Source: a virus
Taxonomy: Duplodnaviria; Caudoviricetes
DNA: 64,000 bases
Strand: one strand, 5' to 3'
IMG/VR virus record: IMGVR_UViG_3300033463_000011
Coordinates: 1-64,000 of that record
The position numbers were made by a program, and so were the translations under genes. The notes under the pieces are model-generated. The model did no database searches. It was not told the DNA's origin and saw only the letters and a program-made list of their open reading frames with translations. Below are positions 59,153 through 64,000 of this stretch, piece after piece (the first letter of the stretch is position 1; each line of letters starts with the position of its first letter).

Positions 59153-59989
59153 ATGTCACAGTTTAGAACTACACGTAACCTTTATTTAGAATACCTTTCA
59201 AGTTTTGAATTTCCGCTTACATATGAGTCATGGCTTGCAGCAGATGACGAGTATAAGGCGGTTTTATTATTTGTGAATTTCTTCGATGAAATCGAACTCG
59301 CTTGGTATAAGCAGAGATGGTCTTATGTTCTCGAAGAAGAAGCTGTTTCGACAGTTAACCTTTACCTCATTAAGAATGTAGAAAAGATCAAGGCGGATCC
59401 AAAGAGGTTCCGTCCTGGATACATTTACACTGTTGCATCTAATTGCATCTACTGTTTGAGGGAACCCCTTGTAGAAATAAATCGCGATAAGTATGAAGTT
59501 TCCAATGAAATATCTGTTGGAGACGATATTGTCAACCTCTATGATCTCGCACCTTCTGTAGATGATTCTTATGAAGTTAAGCAGGCCAAAGAGGCTGTAT
59601 GGGATATTATCGCTAAGATGGGCCCTAAGGCTGAAAAGGTTGTAAATCGTCTTATCAATCCTGACGATTCTCTTGCAGTAACAAGAGGTAAGAGCAACGC
59701 TAATGACAAATTGAAGGATGTGTCTGTATCTGCAGAAGAATATGATTCAATTATATCATCTCTTCGCAGTAATTCTGAGTTAGTAAGGCATCTTGAACTC
59801 ATTGCTAACGGTTCGGATATTCCTGTAGGCGATAAGAAGAGAGAAGAATTTGTCAAAGAAATTGAGAAATATGAATCTGCTATCGCATCTGCAAAAACTG
59901 ATAAGCAGAAGAGAGATTATCGCAAAGCCCTTAAGCAGATGCTTAAAGACCTCAGCGAATACGATAGACATCACTTAGCTTTGAATTAA
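59153..59989 (+). CDS. ECF-like sigma factor
   Basis: EEAVSTVNLYLIKN...RF..GYIYTVASN resembles ECF region 2. Confidence 0.5.
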   Translation: MSQFRTTRNLYLEYLSSFEFPLTYESWLAADDEYKAVLLFVNFFDEIELAWYKQRWSYVLEEEAVSTVNLYLIKNVEKIKADPKRFRPGYIYTVASNCIYCLREPLVEINRDKYEVSNEISVGDDIVNLYDLAPSVDDSYEVKQAKEAVWDIIAKMGPKAEKVVNRLINPDDSLAVTRGKSNANDKLKDVSVSAEEYDSIISSLRSNSELVRHLELIANGSDIPVGDKKREEFVKEIEKYESAIASAKTDKQKRDYRKALKQMLKDLSEYDRHHLALN

Positions 59990-60138
59990 AGTAACATTTT
60001 CTGAATCGTTATAGTAACATATAACTTCAACATAAGTTATCAAATGTGACTAAGTTTTAATATCAATAAGTGCAAGAGTACAGACGGACTAAAGCCACAT
60101 CAAAAATACAATAATCAAAACACTAGGAGGAGTTTGAA

Positions 60139-60906
60139 ATGGCTTTTAAGTCTGTAGAGCAGTTTAATGGAGATCGTTATCACGGAATGTTCCGACTCGT
60201 AAATGACGGAGATCATGCTAATGTAATCTTTCTTTATAGGTCAAAGAAAGATATGTTAGTAGCTCAAGCGCATTATATCAAGTCCGCAGATTATTCCGGA
60301 TACGTTCATTGTTGTGAGCAGGGTTGCCCTGCATGTAGTAAAGGAATTAGAGTTCAAACTAAGTTATTTATTCCTATCCTTAATTTAGACGCAAATGATG
60401 GCGAAGGCGAAATTCAGTTCTGGGACAGGACCCTCAAGTTTGAACCTCAGTTCCAGAAAGATGTTTTTGATAGATATCCTAACCCTTCAGAATTTGTATT
60501 TACAGTTACTCGTCACGGTATTCCTAATGATGTGAATACAACTTATAGTATTGAAGCAGTTTACAGAAATTCATTAGGTTCTTATGATACGCTTCTTTCT
60601 AAGTATAATGCTGAGATGCCAGACTATTATTCTGAGATAATTAGAGAAGTATCTACATCTCAGTTAGCTGATATGCTTAAGAATGCAGGAAATGAATCTG
60701 CTGCAGGTTTGCCTGAATATACACCAATTCCAAGATCCGGCTATCAGGCTAATATGCCAGAAACATTTGTAGATACTTCTGAAGCTACTTCAATTCAGGA
60801 AACCGTGCAGGTCCATTTTGATTCTCCGAAGGGACCTGATACATCAATTATTCCTGAGGATACTGACGACGATAGCGATAGCGAATTGCCTAACCCTATT
60901 TTCTAA
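60139..60906 (+). CDS. Single-stranded DNA-binding protein (gp32-like)
   Basis: F.L..DGD, C...CP.C, R.G...T.Y, acidic tail ending in F. Confidence 0.7.
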   Translation: MAFKSVEQFNGDRYHGMFRLVNDGDHANVIFLYRSKKDMLVAQAHYIKSADYSGYVHCCEQGCPACSKGIRVQTKLFIPILNLDANDGEGEIQFWDRTLKFEPQFQKDVFDRYPNPSEFVFTVTRHGIPNDVNTTYSIEAVYRNSLGSYDTLLSKYNAEMPDYYSEIIREVSTSQLADMLKNAGNESAAGLPEYTPIPRSGYQANMPETFVDTSEATSIQETVQVHFDSPKGPDTSIIPEDTDDDSDSELPNPIF

Positions 60907-60947
60907 CTTTTCTTAGATTCGTTTATGAAGAATAAGGAGAGTGGCCT

Positions 60948-62498
60948 ATGGGGTTATTTAGTCAGGCAAAGATGGATGAAATCAATGCTATTGCTGAAAA
61001 ATCAAAAGAAGTACTTAAACCAATCAAAGTATCAAAAAACGTAACTTCTTCACAACACGCTATTCAGGAAGCAACGAATAAGGTACTGGAATATTTTAAA
61101 GACAGTCCCGCAATATTGATTACGAGTAAGGAGCAGTTGCACGAGTATGTGCTTAAAGCGATTGAAAGTGGATATTGCGGAATTGATACAGAAACCACAG
61201 GACTTGATAGAGTGCATGACACTATTGTAGGTGCATCACTCTACTATCCTGGAGGTGTCGAATGTTATATTCCATGTAAACATCTTGCTCCTGTATTTGA
61301 AGTGCCTTATGAAGGTCAATTAACTTATGAAGAAGTAGGTTCAGAGCTTCAATTATTTGTAAATGCTAAGACCAAAATGATTTTCGCTAATGCGGATTTC
61401 GACTTAGCTATGATTTATAAAGATCTCAAAGTAGATCTAATCTCTGTATGTTATTACGACGTAATCACTGCTTGGCGATGCATCAAAGAAGATGAATTAG
61501 ATAATCGCTTGAAAGCGTTATATATGAAGTATGTAAAAAGAGGTCAAGGAGATCCAAAATCTTTTTCGGATTTCTTTGACCCAAAATTATTTCCATATTC
61601 ACAACCTGAAGTTGCAAAGTTATACGCAGCAAATGACGCTAAAATAACATTTGAATTATTCCTGTGGCAGTTACCTTATGTAACAAAACAACATCCTAAG
61701 TGTCAAAAACACAAATTAGAAAAAATCGCAGATCTCTTATGGAATATTGAAATTCCTATGATAAGAGTTTGCGCTTTAATGCATCGTACAGGTGTTTATT
61801 TTGATAAAGCAGATAACGCAATATTGAAAGAAAAATATGATAAGCAGTACGCAATAGAAATGCAGAAGCTTGCAGAAATAATTCAAGAAATTATTGATAA
61901 TTCTGATGCAGTTACAGTATCAAAATCTCCATTCAAAACAGGATCAGCGTTCAATGAAGCAAGCTCACCTCAAGTAAAATACTTACTTAATAATTTCTTG
62001 CATTGCGATGTAGACTCCGGTAACAAAGAAACATTAAAAGAGTTAAATCTTCCTGTAACTAATCAGATATTAAAGGTAAGAGCAACAAATAAATTACTTA
62101 ATACTTTTGTTGATAAATTGCCAAAAGAAGTTGGAAAAGACGGCAGAATTCACGCCACATTCAAAGCAATTGGCGCAGACACAGGTCGCTTATCTTCCGA
62201 GCGCCCCAATGTACAGCAGATCCCTTCTCACGCTCTTGATATCCGTCATCAATTTAGGGCAACTCCAGCTATGGAAATGATTGTAGATGCTGATTATAAT
62301 GAATCTTCGAACCTAATAACAGCCTCGCTCTGTAGGTGGGATAGTGTAACTACTGAGCATGGTCAAGTAGATATAGAAGACTTAGTTGTAGGCGATAGAA
62401 TAAGATTACTTGAAGATAATAAGCCGGTTTCAAAAGAAATTATTGAAATAGTATTATCAACTGACGACCCAACTAAGAAGGATATAACATTAAAATGA
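60948..62498 (+). CDS. polA: Family A DNA polymerase, N-terminal part, ending in a Hint-like fragment
   Basis: DTETTG, N..FD, YAANDA exonuclease motifs; TGRLSS.RPNVQQIP; motifs A-C absent. Confidence 0.88.
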   Translation: MGLFSQAKMDEINAIAEKSKEVLKPIKVSKNVTSSQHAIQEATNKVLEYFKDSPAILITSKEQLHEYVLKAIESGYCGIDTETTGLDRVHDTIVGASLYYPGGVECYIPCKHLAPVFEVPYEGQLTYEEVGSELQLFVNAKTKMIFANADFDLAMIYKDLKVDLISVCYYDVITAWRCIKEDELDNRLKALYMKYVKRGQGDPKSFSDFFDPKLFPYSQPEVAKLYAANDAKITFELFLWQLPYVTKQHPKCQKHKLEKIADLLWNIEIPMIRVCALMHRTGVYFDKADNAILKEKYDKQYAIEMQKLAEIIQEIIDNSDAVTVSKSPFKTGSAFNEASSPQVKYLLNNFLHCDVDSGNKETLKELNLPVTNQILKVRATNKLLNTFVDKLPKEVGKDGRIHATFKAIGADTGRLSSERPNVQQIPSHALDIRHQFRATPAMEMIVDADYNESSNLITASLCRWDSVTTEHGQVDIEDLVVGDRIRLLEDNKPVSKEIIEIVLSTDDPTKKDITLK

Positions 62499-64000
62499 GA
62501 CGGATCTGTAAGGAATGTGGAAAGGAATTTGATACTTCGTCCTCTAGGCGTCTCTATTGTTATGAGAATCATTATAGAACATGTAAAGTATGTGGAACTT
62601 CTTTCTTAGTAGAAGACTGCAATTCCGATAAGCATACCTGTTCTGAGAAATGTAGGAGAAAAGCAATCTCTTCGGCAGATATATATAGAACACCTCGGTT
62701 TAAATGTATATGTATATTATGCAATAAAGAATTCTTATCCACTCACCCTAATGGAAAATTGTGCCCAGATAAGCATTATAGCATATGCAAATTTTGTGGA
62801 AATCAATTTGAAATTTCCGATATTGCAGATATAGCTAAGTTGACTTGTTCAGAAAAATGTAGATATCAGTTAGCTAATATTGGATGGATGCAAAATAAAG
62901 ATTCTAATGTAGCGAAACAGCAGGAAACTATGTTGGCTCGTTATGGAGCAATAAATGCACTACAATTACCTGAATTTAAAGAAAAAGCTAAGCATACTAA
63001 TCTAGCTAGATATGGTGAAACTTCATTTACTAAGACTGGGGAATTTTTAGAAAAAGCAAAAGCGTCTAATCGTGAACGATATGGCAAAGATTGGTATATG
63101 CAGACATCTGAATACAAAGAAAAATCTGCTGCTACCTGCATGGAAAAATATGGAGTAACTAATGCAAGTAAGGCAGGAAAATTCATTGCAGACAGGATGA
63201 GCTGCCCTGAAAAGCTACAAGAATTGATGAAATTCAGAGAAAATCCAGAAGCTTACATAAACGAACATTTTACTGAAGAATATCCTACATTAGCTCAGTT
63301 ATCTGAATTATGCGGAATCAGAGAATCTTCTATAGGTGAAATCATAGCTAAGTATAATCTGAAACATCTTATCAGATTTAATTATTCAAGAATGGAAGAT
63401 GAAGTTTTTAGTTTTTTACTTAGTTATCTACCAGAAGAAGATATAATCAGAAATACTTTTAAGGTAATTACTCCATACGAGTTAGATATTTATATTCCTA
63501 AGTATAATATTGCAATAGAATGCGATCCTACCTGGACACATAACGCTAATCTAGGAATATTTGATAGCAAGCCTATTTCTCAGAATTACCATAAAATGAA
63601 AACTGATCTGTGCGAATCTAAGAATATCAGATTAATTCATTTGTTCGGATATGATTGGATTAATCATAAAGATACTTGTAAATCTATTATATTAAATGCA
63701 ATAGGTAAGACTCCTGTCAAGTACTATGCTAGGAAGTTAACTATAAGAGCAGTCTCAGGAAATGATGCTTATCGATTCCTAGAAGATAACCATCGACAAG
63801 GCGGAGTCAATTGTAAAATCAGATTAGGTCTCTATAATAAAGACGAATTACTTTCTTTGATGACATTTTCTACTATGCGACATACCATAGGTACCGGAAA
63901 CGACGATACTCAAGATTGTTGGGAGCTGGTTAGATTCTGCAATAAGAATTATACTTCGGTAGTAGGCGGAGCAAGTAAGTTACTAAAGCATTTTATTGCG
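62495..64000 (+). CDS. Homing endonuclease-like protein (Zn fingers, RYG repeats, Vsr/PD-(D/E)xK-like domain), runs off the window
   Basis: Own translation: MRRICKECGKEF...TNLARYG...ELDIYIP.YNIAIE...NHRQG...ELVRFC...VGGASKLLKHF. Confidence 0.8.
   Translation, partial: MRRICKECGKEFDTSSSRRLYCYENHYRTCKVCGTSFLVEDCNSDKHTCSEKCRRKAISSADIYRTPRFKCICILCNKEFLSTHPNGKLCPDKHYSICKFCGNQFEISDIADIAKLTCSEKCRYQLANIGWMQNKDSNVAKQQETMLARYGAINALQLPEFKEKAKHTNLARYGETSFTKTGEFLEKAKASNRERYGKDWYMQTSEYKEKSAATCMEKYGVTNASKAGKFIADRMSCPEKLQELMKFRENPEAYINEHFTEEYPTLAQLSELCGIRESSIGEIIAKYNLKHLIRFNYSRMEDEVFSFLLSYLPEEDIIRNTFKVITPYELDIYIPKYNIAIECDPTWTHNANLGIFDSKPISQNYHKMKTDLCESKNIRLIHLFGYDWINHKDTCKSIILNAIGKTPVKYYARKLTIRAVSGNDAYRFLEDNHRQGGVNCKIRLGLYNKDELLSLMTFSTMRHTIGTGNDDTQDCWELVRFCNKNYTSVVGGASKLLKHFIA

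Larger units (their letters stand above)
817..60011 (+). promoter_or_regulatory. Dispersed motif RAATCGTTA (putative phage middle promoter) at 817, 3487, 7845, 11126, 15767, 29555, 30409, 31298, 36049, 51445, 53318, 57447, 60003
   Basis: 13 copies on +, most shortly upstream of an RBS. Confidence 0.7.

Noticed and set aside
222-63186. Short minus-strand and overlapping ORFs in the track
   Set aside because: They shadow + strand genes that have SDs and motifs; only 51665..52516 is convincing on the minus strand.
62260-64000. Group I intron in polA
   Set aside because: No non-coding structured segment between polA and the nuclease ORF (ATGA overlap); not fully excluded without downstream sequence.
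1-64000. Alternative genetic code
   Set aside because: Long conserved genes are intact under the standard code, and TAA, TAG and TGA all act as stops.

Overview
AT-rich segment of a large tailed dsDNA phage, probably infecting a Firmicute (Clostridia-like RBSs, CHAP/SH3b endolysin, sigma-A-type promoters). Nearly all genes are on the + strand. Layout: (1) 1-15.8 kb, about 60 tiny ORFs, many Zn-ribbons, joined by repeated RBS/stop/start linkers; (2) NAD-dependent DNA ligase; (3) 17.8-27.9 kb tail fibre/virion genes, then holin and endolysin; (4) 30.5-37.6 kb preQ0/preQ1 cluster (YhhQ-type transporter, queF, queC, queD, queE, folE) with an HNH gene and an amidase; (5) 38.6-49.9 kb more virion genes; (6) a solo TnpB; (7) a sigma-like gene and an AT-rich origin-like gap; (8) replication genes (DnaC-like, DnaB, primase, ECF-like sigma, SSB, a split PolA followed by a homing endonuclease). 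Highlights: (a) a single-gene cassette architecture in which small genes are flanked by direct repeats containing the Shine-Dalgarno, one of which (TGAGGTAGATTGATATG) gives stops in all three frames plus RBS and start; (b) two copies of an enlarged preQ1-I-like pseudoknot with compensatory changes, one over an RBS and one before a terminator/antiterminator; (c) a TnpB-less IS200/IS605 omega-RNA mini-element in front of the holin; (d) two phage promoter motifs and two sigma-like genes; (e) a fractured polA ending in a Hint-like fragment. All calls come from reading motifs by eye; no searches were run.
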